A DNA stretch of 64,000 bases from Auanema rhodensis (lineage: Eukaryota > Animalia > Nematoda). A program made the position numbers and the translations under genes. Under the pieces are notes generated by a model. It worked only from the letters and a program-made list of their open reading frames with translations. It searched no databases and was not told the origin of the DNA. Every line of letters begins with the position of its first letter. The stretch's first letter is position 1. Shown one piece after another: positions 1-12,500 of the stretch. The stretch is taken from NCBI GenBank assembly GCA_964057225.1, contig OZ059894.1, positions 21,948,001 through 22,012,000 on the forward strand. The letters are read 5' to 3'.

Positions 1-63
1 AAACGAACATAACTAATTTTTTTATCAAGCGTTTCTCAATGTAGTATAGTGCATTCGATGCGG

Positions 64-114
64 ATTTTTAAGCTGCGTCGATCTGTGTTATCAGATTTGC
101 GCTAGCTTAAAAAT
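64..114. repeat. Intra-monomer inverted repeat A (11-bp perfect outer stem plus inner stems)
   Basis: ATTTTTAAGCT (64-74) is the reverse complement of AGCTTAAAAAT (104-114). Inside it, GCG 75-77 pairs with CGC 100-102, and ATCTG 81-85 pairs with CAGAT 92-96 around a 6-nt loop. Confidence 0.9.
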
Positions 115-230
115 GCACCGAGATATCAACTGATGTAAGTTCACACTTATATCTTCGATTTTCACCCTGAAGAATTAATTTTTTCGTTGAATAACATTGT
201 CTATCGTCTTTGCCTTGAAAAATGGAATCT

Positions 231-296
231 AAAAACATCTACTTTTTGCTAAATTATTTTGAAATTTTTCGAAAAAATTTTTGTCAAAATGTTTTT
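231..296. repeat. Intra-monomer quasi-palindrome C (A/T-tract rich)
   Basis: The core palindrome is TTTTTCGAAAAA (265-276). It is flanked by ATTTTGA/TCAAAAT and by outer arms AAAAACAT (231-238) and ATGTTTTT (289-296). Confidence 0.8.
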
Positions 297-303
297 GGAA
301 GCA

Positions 304-331
304 ATGTTGAGTGTACATGGAAACTCAACAT
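304..331. repeat. Intra-monomer inverted repeat D (9-bp stem, 10-nt loop)
   Basis: ATGTTGAGT (304-312), loop GTACATGGAA, ACTCAACAT (323-331). Confidence 0.9.
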
Positions 332-482
332 ACACTAATGCATCATTTTTCAAACGATCATAACTAATTTTTGTATCAAGCGTTTCTTGATGTAGTATAG
401 TGCATTCGATGCGGATTTTTAAGCTGCGTCGATCTGTGTTATCAGATTTGCGCTAGCTTAAAAATGCACCGAGATATCAACT

Positions 483-504
483 GATATAAGTTCACACTTA
501 TATC
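483..504. repeat. Intra-monomer inverted repeat B (9-bp stem, 4-nt loop; shown in monomer 2, monomer positions 132-153)
   Basis: GATATAAGT (483-491), loop TCAC, ACTTATATC (496-504); the arms are perfect reverse complements. Confidence 0.9.
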
Positions 505-3500
505 CTCGATTTTCACCCTGAAGAATTAATTTTTTCGTTGAATAACATTGTCCATCGTCTTTGCCTTAAAAAAAGGAATCTAAAAACATCTACTTTTTGC
601 TAAATTATTTTGAAATTTTTCGAAAAAATTTTTGTCAAAATGTTTTTGGAAGCAATGTTGAGTGTACATGGAAACTCAACATACACTAATGCATCATTTT
701 TCAAACAAACATAACTAATTTTTTTATCAAGCGTTTCTCAATGTAGTATAGTGCATTCGATGCGGATTTTTAAGCTGCGTCGATCTGTGTTATCAGATTT
801 GCGCTAGCTTAAAAATGCACCGAGATATCAACTGATATAAGTTCACACTTATATCCTCGATTTTCACCCTGAAGAATTAATTTTTTCGTTGAATAACATT
901 GTCCATCGTCTTTGCCTTAAAAACAGGAATCTAAAAACATCTACTTTTTGCTAAATTATTTATAAATTTTTCGAAAAAATTTTTGTCAAAATGTTTTTGG
1001 AAGCAATGTTGAGTGTACATGGAAACTCAACATACACTAATGCATCATTTTTCAAACGATCAAAACTAATTTTTGTATTAAGCGTTTCTCAATGTAGTAT
1101 AGTGCATTCGATGCGGATTTTTAAGCTGCGTCGATCTGTGTTATCAGATTTGCGCTAGCTTAAAAATGCACCGAGATATCAACTGATGTAAGTTCACACT
1201 TATATCTTCGATTTTCACCCTGAAGAATTAATTTTTTCGTTGAATAACATTGTCCATCGTCTTTGCCTTGAAAAAAGGAATCTAAAAACATCTACTTTTT
1301 GCTAAATTATTTTGAAATTTTTCGAAAAAATTTTTGTCAAAATGTTTTTGGAAGCAATGTTGAGTGTACATGGAAACTCAACATACACTAATGCATCATT
1401 TTTCAAACGATCATAACTAATTTTTGTATCAAACGTTTCTCAATGTAGTATAGTGCATTCAATGCGGATTTTTAAGCTGCGTCGATCTGTGTTATCAGAT
1501 TTGCGCTAGCTTAAAAATGCACCGAGATATCAACTGATATAAGTTCACACTTATATCCTCGATTTTCACCCTGAAGAATTAATTTTTTCGTTGAATAAAA
1601 TTGTCCATCGTCTTTGCCTTAAAAACAGGAATCTAAAAACATCTACTTTTTGCTAAATTATTTTGAAATTTTTCGAAAAAATTTTTGTCAAAATGTTTTT
1701 GGAAGCAATGTTGAGTGTACATGGAAACTCAACATACACTAATGCATCATTTTTCAAACGATCATAACTAATTTTTGTATTAAGCGTTTCTCAATGTAGT
1801 ATAAGGCATTCGATGCGGATTTTTAAGCTGCGTCGATCTGTGTTATCAGATTTGCGCTAGCTTAAAAATGCACCGAGATATCAACTGATATAAGTTCACA
1901 CTTATATCCTCGATTTTCACCCTGAAGAATTAATTTTTTCGTTGAATAACATTGTCTATCGTCTTTGCCTTGAAAAATGGAATCTAAAAACATCTACTTT
2001 TTGCTAAATTATTTTGAAATTTTTCGAAAAAATTTTTGTCAAAATGTTTTTGGAAGCAATGTTGAGTGTACATGGAAACTCAACATACACTAATGCATCA
2101 TTTTTCAAACGATCATAACTAATTTTTGTATCAAGCGTTTCTTGATGTGGTATAGTGCATTCGATGCGGATTTTTAAGCTGCGTCGATCTGTGTTATCAG
2201 ATTTGCGCTAGCTTAAAAATGCACCGAGATATCAACTGATATAAGTTCACACTTATATCCTCGATTTTCACCCTGAAGAATTAATTTTTTCGTTGAATAA
2301 CATTGTCTATCGTCTTTGCCTTGAAAAATGGAATCTAAAAACATCTACTTTTTGCTAAATTATTTTGAAATTTTTCGAAAAAATTTTTGTCAAAATGTTT
2401 TTGGAAGCAATGTTGAGTGTACATGGAAACTCAACATACACTAATGCATCATTTTTCAAACGATCATAACTAATTTTTGTATCAAGCGTTTCTTGATGTA
2501 GTATAGTGCATTCGATGCGGATTTTTAAGCTGCGTCGATCTGTGTTATCAGATTTGCGCTAGCTTAAAAATGCACCGAGATATCAACTGATATAAGTTCA
2601 CACTTATATCCTCGATTTTCACCCTGAAGAATTAATTTTTTCGTTGAATAACATTGTCCATCGTCTTTGCCTTGAAAAATGGAATCTAAAAACATCTACT
2701 TTTTGCTAAATTATTTTGAAATTTTTCGAAAAAATTTTTGTCAAAATGTTTTTGGAAGCAATGTTGAGTGTACATGGAAACTCAACATACACTAATGCAT
2801 CATTTTTCAAACGAACATAACTAATTTTTTTATCAAGCGTTTCTCAATGTAGTATAGTGCATTCGATGCGGATTTTTAAGCTGCGTCGATCTGTGTTATC
2901 AAATTTGCGCTAGCTTAAAAATGCACCGAGATATCAACTGATATAAGTTCACACTTATATCCTCGATTTTCACCCTGAAGAATTAATTTTTTCGTTGAAT
3001 AACATTGTCCATCGTCTTTGCCTTAAAAACAGGAATCTAAAAACATCTACTTTTTGCTAAATTATTTTGAAATTTTTCGAAAAAATTTTTGTCAAAATGT
3101 TTTTGGAAGCAATGTTGAGTGTACATGGAAACTCAACATACACTAATGCATCATTTTTCAAACGATCATAACTAATTTTTGTATCAAGCGTTTCTTGATG
3201 TAGTATAGTGCATTCGATGCGGATTTTTAAGCTGCGTCGATCTGTGTTATCAGATTTGCGCTAGCTTAAAAATGCACCGAGATATCAACTGATATAAGTT
3301 CACACTTATATCCTCGATTTTCACCCTGAAGAATTAATTTTTTCGTTGAATAACATTGTCCATCGTCTTTGCCTTGAAAAATGGAATCTAAAAACATCTA
3401 CTTTTTGCTAAATTATTTTGAAATTTTTCGAAAAAATTTTTGTCAAAATGTTTTTGGAAGCAATGTTGAGTGTACATGGAAACTCAACATACACTAATGC

Positions 3501-6500
3501 ATCATTTTTCAAACGAACATAACTAATTTTTTTATCAAGCGTTTCTCAATGTAGTATAGTGCATTCGATGCGGATTTTTAAGCTGCGTCGATCTGTGTTA
3601 TCAAATTTGCGCTAGCTTAAAAATGCACCGAGATATCAACTGATATAAGTTCACACTTATATCCTCGATTTTCACCCTGAAGAATTAATTTTTTCGTTGA
3701 ATAACATTGTCCATCGTCTTTGCCTTAAAAACAGGAATCTAAAAACATCTACTTTTTGCTAAATTATTTTGAAATTTTTCGAAAAAATTTTTGTCAAAAT
3801 GTTTTTGGAAGCAATGTTGAGTGTACATGGAAACTCAACATACACTAATGCATCATTTTTCAAACGATCAAAACTAATTTTTGTATTAAGCGTTTCTCAA
3901 TGTAGTATAGTGCATTCGATGCGGATTTTTAAGCTGCGTCGATCTGTGTTATCAGATTTGCGCTAGCTTAAAAATGCACCGAGATATCAACTGATATAAG
4001 TTCACACTTATATCCTCGATTTTCACCCTGAAGAATTAATTTTTTCGTTGAATAACATTGTCTATCGTCTTTGCCTTGAAAAATGGAATCTAAAAACATC
4101 TACTTTTTGCTAAATTATTTTGAAATTTTTCGAAAAAATTTTTGTCAAAATGTTTTTGGAAGCAATGTTGAGTGTACATGGAAACTCAACATACACTAAT
4201 GCATCATTTTTCAAACGATCATAACTAATTTTTGTATTAAGCGTTTCTCAATGTAGTATAAGGCATTCGATGCGGATTTTTAAGCTGCGTCGATCTGTGT
4301 TATCAGATTTGCGCTAGCTTAAAAATGCACCGAGATATCAACTGATATAAGTTCACACTTCTATCCTCGATTTTCACTCTGAAGAATTAATTTTTTCGTT
4401 GAATAACATTGTCTATCGTCTTTGCCTTGAAAAATGGAATCTAAAAACATCTACTTTTTGCTAAATTATTTTGAAATTTTTCGAAAAAATTTTTGTCAAA
4501 ATGTTTTTGGAAGCAATGTTGAGTGTACATGGAAACTCAACATACACTAATGCATCATTTTTCAAACGATCATAACTAATTTTTGTATCAAGCGTTTCTT
4601 GATGTAGTATAGTGCATTCGATGCGGATTTTTAAGCTGCGTCGATCTGTGTTATCAGATTTGCGCTAGCTTAAAAATGCACCGAGATATCAACTGATATA
4701 AGTTCACACTTATATCCTCGATTTTCACCCTGAAGAATTAATTTTTTCGTTGAATAACATTGTCCATCGTCTTTGCCTTAAAAAAAGGAATCTAAAAACA
4801 TCTACTTTTTGCTAAATTATTTTGAAATTTTTCGAAAAAATTTTTGTCAAAATGTTTTTGGAAGCAATGTTGAGTGTACATGGAAACTCAACATACACTA
4901 ATGCATCATTTTTCAAACGATCATAACTAATTTTTGTATCAAGCGTTTCTTGATGTAGTATAGTGCATTCGATGCGGATTTTTAAGCTGCGTCGATCTGT
5001 GTTATCAGATTTGCGCTAGCTTAAAAATGCACCGAGATATCAACTGATATAAGTTCACACTTATATCCTCGATTTTCACCCTGAAGAATTAATTTTTTCG
5101 TTGAATAACATTGTCTATCGTCTTTGCCTTGAAAAATGGAATCTAAAAACATCTACTTTTTGCTAAATTATTTTGAAATTTTTCGAAAAAATTTTTGTCA
5201 AAATGTTTTTGGAAGCAATGTTGAGTGTACATGGAAACTCAACATACACTAATGCATCATTTTTCAAACGATCATAACTAATTTTTGTATCAAGCGTTTC
5301 TTGATGTAGTATAGTGCATTCGATGCGGATTTTTAAGCTGCGTCGATCTGTGTTATCAGATTTGCGCTAGCTTAAAAATGCACCGAGATATCAACTGATA
5401 TAAGTTCACACTTATATCCTCGATTTTCACCCTGAAGAATTAATTTTTTCGTTGAATAACATTGTCCATCGTCTTTGCCTTAAAAAAAGGAATCTAAAAA
5501 CATCTACTTTTTGCTAAATTATTTTGAAATTTTTCGAAAAAATTTTTGTCAAAATGTTTTTGGAAGCAATGTTGAGTGTACAAGGAAACTCAACATACAC
5601 TAATGCATCATTTTTCAAACGAACATAACTAATTTTTTTATCAAGCGTTTCTCAATGTAGTATAGTGCATTCGATGCGGATTTTTAAGCTGCGTCGATCT
5701 GTGTTATCAAATTTGCGCTAGCTTAAAAATGCACCGAGATATCAACTGATATAAGTTCACACTTATATCCTCGATTTTCACCCTGAAGAATTAATTTTTT
5801 CGTTGAATAACATTGTCCATCGTCTTTGCCTTAAAAACAGGAATCTAAAAACATCTACTTTTTGCTAAATTATTTTGAAATTTTTCGAAAAAATTTTTGT
5901 CAAAATGTTTTTGGAAGCAATGTTGAGTGTACATGGAAACTCAACATACACTAATGCATCATTTTTCAAACGATCATAACTAATTTTTGTATCAAACGTT
6001 TCTCAATGTAGTATAGTGCATTCGATGCGAATTTTTAAGCTGCGTCGATCTGTGTTATCAGATTTGCGCTAGCTTAAAAATGCACCGAGATATCAACTGA
6101 TATAAGTTCACACTTATATCCTCGATTTTCACCCTGAAGAATTAATTTTTTCGTTGAATAACATTGTCCATCGTCTTTGCCTTGAAAAAAGGAATCTAAA
6201 AACATCTACTTTTTGCTGAATTATTTTGAAATTTTTCGAAAAAATTTTTGTCAAAATGTTTTTGGAAGCAATGTTGAGTGTACATGGAAACTCAACATAC
6301 ACTAATGCATCATTTTTCAAACGATCAAAACTAATTTTTGTATTAAGCGTTTCTCAATGTAGTATAGTGCATTCGATGCGGATTTTTAAGCTGCGTCGAT
6401 CTGTGTTATCAGATTTGCGCTAGCTTAAAAATGCACCGAGATATCAACTGATATAAGTTCACACTTATATCCTCGATTTTCACCCTGAAGAATTAATTTT

Positions 6501-9500
6501 TTCGTTGAATAACATTGTCTATCGTCTTTGCCTTGAAAAATGGAATCTAAAAACATCTACTTTTTGCTAAATTATTTTGAAATTTTTCGAAAAAATTTTT
6601 GTCAAAATGTTTTTGGAAGCAATGTTGAGTGTACATGGAAACTCAACATACACTAATGCATCATTTTTCAAACGATCATAACTAATTTTTGTATCAAGCG
6701 TTTCTTGATGTAGTATAGTGCATTCGATGCGGATTTTTAAGCTGCGTCGATCTGTGTTATCAGATTTGCGCTAGCTTAAAAATGCACCGAGATATCAACT
6801 GATATAAGTTCACACTTAGATCCTCGATTTTCACCCTGAAGAATTAATTTTTTCGTTGAATAACATTGTCCATCGTCTTTGCCTTAAAAAAAGGAATCTA
6901 AAAACATCTACTTTTTGCTAAATTATTTTGAAATTTTTCGAAAAAATTTTTGTCAAAATGTTTTTGGAAGCAATGTTGAGTGTACAAGGAAACTCAACAT
7001 ACACTAATGCATCATTTTTCAAACGAACATAACTAATTTTTTTATCAAGCGTTTCTCAATGTAGTATAGTGCATTCGATGCGGATTTTTAAGCTGCGTCG
7101 ATCTGTGTTATCAAATTTGCGCTAGCTTAAAAATGCACCGAGATATCAACTGATATAAGTTCACACTTATATCCTCGATTTTCACCCTGAAGAATTAATT
7201 TTTTCGTTGAATAACATTGTCCATCGTCTTTGCCTTAAAAACAGGAATCTAAAAACATCTACTTTTTGCTAAATTATTTCGAAATTTTTCGAAAAAATTT
7301 TTGTCAAAATGTTTTTGGAAGCAATGTTGAGTGTACATGGAAACTCAACATACACTAATGCATCATTTTTCAAACGATCAAAACTAATTTTTGTATTAAG
7401 CGTTTCTCAATGTAGTATAGTGCATTCGATGCGGATTTTTAAGCTGCGTCGATCTGTGTTATCAGATTTGCGCTAGCTTAAAAATGCACCGAGATATCAA
7501 CTGATTTAAGTTCACACTTATATCCTCGATTTTCACCCTGAAGAATTAATTTTTTCGTTGAATAACATTGTCCATCGTCTTTGCCTTAAAAAAAGGAATC
7601 TAAAAACATCTACTTTTTGCTAAATTATTTTGAAATTTTTCGAAAAAATTTTTGTCAAAATGTTTTTGGAAGCAATGTTGAGTGTACATGGAAACTCAAC
7701 ATACACTAATGCATCATTTTTCAAACGATCATAACTAATTTTTGTATCAAACGTTTCTCAATGTAGAATAGTGCATTCGATGCGGATTTTTAAGCTGCGT
7801 CGATCTGTGTTATCAGATTTGCGCTAGCTTAAAAATGCACCGAGATATCAACTGATATAAGTTCACACTTATATCCTCGATTTTCACCCTGAAGAATTAA
7901 TTTTTTCGTTGAATAACATTGTCCATCGTCTTTGCCTTGAAAAAAGAAATCTAAAAACATCTACTTTTTGCTAAATTATTTTGAAATTTTTCGAAAAAAT
8001 TTTTGTCAAAATGTTTTTGGAAGCAATGTTGAGTGTACATGGAAACTCAACATACACTAATGCATCATTTTTCAAACGATCATAACTAATTTTTGTATCA
8101 AACGTTTCTCAATGTAGTATAGTGCATTCAATGCGGATTTTTAAGCTGCGTCGATCTGTGTTATCAGATTTGCGCTAGCTTAAAAATGCACCGAGATATC
8201 AACTGATATAAGTTCACACTTATATCCTCGATTTTCACCCTGAAGAATTAATTTTTTCGTTGAATAACATTGTCCATCGTCTTTGCCTTAAAAACAGGAA
8301 TCTAAAAACATCTACTTTTTGCTAAATTATTTTGAAATTTTTCGAAAAAATTTTTGTCAAAATGTTTTTGGAAGCAATGTTGAGTGTACATGGAAACTCA
8401 ACATACACTAATGCATCATTTTTCAAACGATCAAAACTAATTTTTGTATTAAGCGTTTCTCAATGTAGTATAGTGCATTCGATGCGGATTTTTAAGCTGC
8501 GTCGATCTGTGTTATCAGATTTGGGCTAGCTTAAAAATGCACCGAGATATCAACTGATTTAAGTTCACACTTATATCCTCGATTTTCACCCTGAAGAATT
8601 AATTTTTTCGTTGAATAACATTGTCCATCGTCTTTGCCTTAAAAAAAGGAATCTAAAAACATCTACTTTTTGCTAAATTATTTTGAAATTTTTCGAAAAA
8701 ATTTTTGTCAAAATGTTTTTGGAAGCAATGTTGAGTGTACATGGAAACTCAACATACACTAATGCATCATTTTTCAAACGATCATAACTAATTTTTGTAT
8801 CAAACGTTTCTCAATGTAGTATAGTGCATTCGATGCGGATTTTTAAGCTGCGTCGATCTGTGTTATCAGATTTGCGCTAGCTTAAAAATGCACCGAGATA
8901 TCAACTGATATAAGTTCACACTTATATCCTCGATTTTCACCCTGAAGAATTAATTTTTTCGTTGAATAACATTGTCCATCGTCTTTGCCTTAAAAAAAGG
9001 AATCTAAAAACATCTACTTTTTGCTAAATTATTTTGAAATTTTTCGAAAAAATTTTTGTCAAAATGTTTTTGGAAGCAATGTTGAGTGTACAAGGAAACT
9101 CAACATACACTAATGCATCATTTTTCAAACGAACATAACTAATTTTTTTATCAAGCGTTTCTCAATGTAGTATAGTGCATTCGATGCGGATTTTTAAGCT
9201 GCGTCGATCTGTGTTATCAAATTTGCGCTAGCTTAAAAATGCACCGAGATATCAACTGATATAAGTTCACACTTATATCCTCGATTTTCACCCTGAAGAA
9301 TTAATTTTTTCGTTGAATAACATTGTCCATCGTCTTTGCCTTGAAAAAAGAAATCTAAAAACATCTACTTTTTGCTAAATTATTTTGAAATTTTTCGAAA
9401 AAATTTTTGTCAAAATGTTTTTGGAAGCAATGTTGAGTGTACATGGAAACTCAACATACACTAATGCATCATTTTTCAAACGATCATAACTAATTTTTGT

Positions 9501-12500
9501 ATCAAACGTTTCTCAATGTAGTATAGTGCATTCAATGCGGATTTTTAAGCTGCGTCGATCTGTGTTATCAGATTTGCGCTAGCTTAAAAATGCACCGAGA
9601 TATCAACTGATATAAGTTCACACTTATATCCTCGATTTTCACCCTGAAGAATTAATTTTTTCGTTGAATAACATTGTCCATCGTCTTTGCCTTAAAAACA
9701 GGAATCTAAAAACATCTACTTTTTGCTAAATTATTTTGAAATTTTTCGAAAAAATTTTTGTCAAAATGTTTTTGGAAGCAATGTTGAGTGTACATGGAAA
9801 CTCAACATACACTAATGCATCATTTTTCAAACGATCAAAACTAATTTTTGTATTAAGCGTTTCTCAATGTAGTATAGTGCATTCGATGCGGATTTTTAAG
9901 CTGCGTCGATCTGTGTTATCAGATTTGCGCTAGCTTAAAAATGCACCGAGATATCAACTGATTTAAGTTCACACTTATATCCTCGATTTTCACCCTGAAG
10001 AATTAATTTTTTCGTTGAATAACATTGTCCATCGTCTTTGCCTTAAAAAAAGGAATCTAAAAACATCTACTTTTTGCTAAATTATTTTGAAATTTTTCGA
10101 AAAAATTTTTGTCAAAATGTTTTTGGAAGCAATGTTGAGTGTACATGGAAACTCAACATACACTAATGCATCATTTTTCAAACGATCATAACTAATTTTT
10201 GTATCAAACGTTTCTCAATGTAGTATAGTGCATTCAATGCGGATTTTTAAGCTGCGTCGATCTGTGTTATCAGATTTGCGCTAGCTTAAAAATGCACCGA
10301 GATATCAACTGATATAAGTTCACACTTATATCCTCGATTTTCACCCTGAAGAATTAATTTTTTCGTTGAATAACATTGTCCATCGTCTTTGCCTTGAAAA
10401 AAGAAATCTAAAAACATCTACTTTTTGCTAAATTATTTTGAAATTTTTCGAAAAAATTTTTGTCAAAATGTTTTTGGAAGCAATGTTGAGTGTACATGGA
10501 AACTCAACATACACTAATGCATCATTTTTCAAACGATCATAACTAATTTTTGTATCAAACGTTTCTCAATGTAGTATAGTGCATTCAATGCGGATTTTTA
10601 AGCTGCGTCGATCTGTGTTATCAGATTTGCGCTAGCTTAAAAATGCACCGAGATATCAACTGATATAAGTTCACACTTATATCCTCGATTTTCACCCTGA
10701 AGAATTAATTTTTTCGTTGAATAACATTGTCCATCGTCTTTGCCTTAAAAACAGGAATCTAAAAACATCTACTTTTTGCTAAATTATTTTGAAATTTTTC
10801 GAAAAAATTTTTGTCAAAATGTTTTTGGAAGCAATGTTGAGTGTACATGGAAACTCAACATACACTAATGCATCATTTTTCAAACGATCAAAACTAATTT
10901 TTGTATTAAGCGTTTCTCAATGTAGTATAGTGCATTCGATGCGGATTTTTAAGCTGCGTCGATCTGTGTTATCAGATTTGCGCTAGCTTAAAAATGCACC
11001 GAGATATCAACTGATTTAAGTTCACACTTATATCCTCGATTTTCACCCTGAAGAATTAATTTTTTCGTTGAATAACATTGTCCATCGTCTTTGCCTTAAA
11101 AAAAGGAATCTAAAAACATCTACTTTTTGCTAAATTATTTTGAAATTTTTCGAAAAAATTTTTGTCAAAATGTTTTTGGAAGCAATGTTGAGTGTACATG
11201 GAAACTCAACATACACTAATGCATCATTTTTCAAACGATCATAACTAATTTTTGTATCAAACGTTTCTCAATGTAGTATAGTGCATTCAATGCGGATTTT
11301 TAAGCTGCGTCGATCTGTGTTATCAGATTTGCGCTAGCTTAAAAATGCACCGAGATATCAACTGATATAAGTTCACACTTATATCCTCGATTTTCACCCT
11401 GAAGAATTAATTTTTTCGTTGAATAACATTGTCCATCGTCTTTGCCTTGAAAAAAGAAATCTAAAAACATCTACTTTTTGCTAAATTATTTTGAAATTTT
11501 TCGAAAAAATTTTTGTCAAAATGTTTTTGGAAGCAATGTTGAGTGTACATGGAAACTCAACATACACTAATGCATCATTTTTCAAACGATCATAACTAAT
11601 TTTTGTATCAAACGTTTCTCAATGTAGTATAGTGCATTCAATGCGGATTTTTAAGCTGCGTCGATCTGTGTTATCAGATTTGCGCTAGCTTAAAAATGCA
11701 CCGAGATATCAACTGATATAAGTTCACACTTATATCCTCGATTTTCACCCTGAAGAATTAATTTTTTCGTTGAATAACATTGTCCATCGTCTTTGCCTTG
11801 AAAAAAGGAATCTAAAAACATCTACTTTTTGCTGAATTATTTTGAAATTTTTCGAAAAAATTTTTGTCAAAATGTTTTTGGAAGCAATGTTGAGTGTACA
11901 TGGAAACTCAACATACACTAATGCATCATTTTTCGAACGATCATAACTAATTTTTGTATCAAACGTTTCTCAATGTAGTATAGTGCATTCGATGCGAATT
12001 TTTAAGCTGCGTCGATCTGTGTTATCAGATTTGCGCTAGCTTAAAAATGCACCGAGATATCAACTGATATAAGTTCACACTTATATCCTCGATTTTCACC
12101 CTGAAGAATTAATTTTTTCGTTGAATAACATTGTCCATCGTCTTTGCCTTGAAAAAAGGAATCTAAAAACATCTACTTTTTGCTGAATTATTTTGAAATT
12201 TTTCGAAAAAATTTTTGTCAAAATGTTTTTGGAAGCAATGTTGAGTGTACATGGAAACTCAACATACACTAATGCATCATTTTTCAAACGATCATAACTA
12301 ATTTTTGTATCAAACGTTTCTCAATGTAGTATAGTGCATTCGATGCGGATTTTTAAGCTGCGTCGATCTGTGTTATCAGATTTGCGCTAGCTTAAAAATG
12401 CACCGAGATATCAACTGATTTAAGTTCACACTTATATCCTCGATTTTCACCCTGAAGAATTAATTTTTTCGTTGAATAACATTGTCCATCGTCTTTGCCT

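Larger units (their letters stand above)
1..351 (+). repeat. Reference monomer of the satellite (phase arbitrary, set by the window start)
   Basis: Hand count gives 56 C and 53 G in 351 bp (31% GC) and 12 CpG, with many A/T runs of 4-7 nt. The next unit starts at 352. Confidence 0.98.

Noticed and set aside
182-198. CENP-B-box-like TTTCGTTGAATAACATT
   Set aside because: It matches the TTCG and the A of the NTTCGNNNNANNCGGGN core but lacks the CGGG half entirely (5 of 9 essential bases), so it is not supportable as a CENP-B box.
1-351. Tandem RNA gene array (5S rRNA, tRNA, snRNA or spliced leader)
   Set aside because: I could not recognise a 5S or tRNA sequence, a cloverleaf or Pol III A/B/C boxes, and internal T-runs are frequent on both strands. 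An Infernal/Rfam search would settle it.
1-351. Monomer as an ancient dimer of about 175-bp subunits
   Set aside because: By eye the two halves share only short TAATTTTT-type runs and give no convincing alignment.
1-351. Assignment to known satellites of similar size (Drosophila 1.688/359-bp, Tribolium TCAST about 360 bp, Pimelia PIM357)
   Set aside because: Only the length and AT-richness are similar. I cannot show sequence homology, so I make no assignment.
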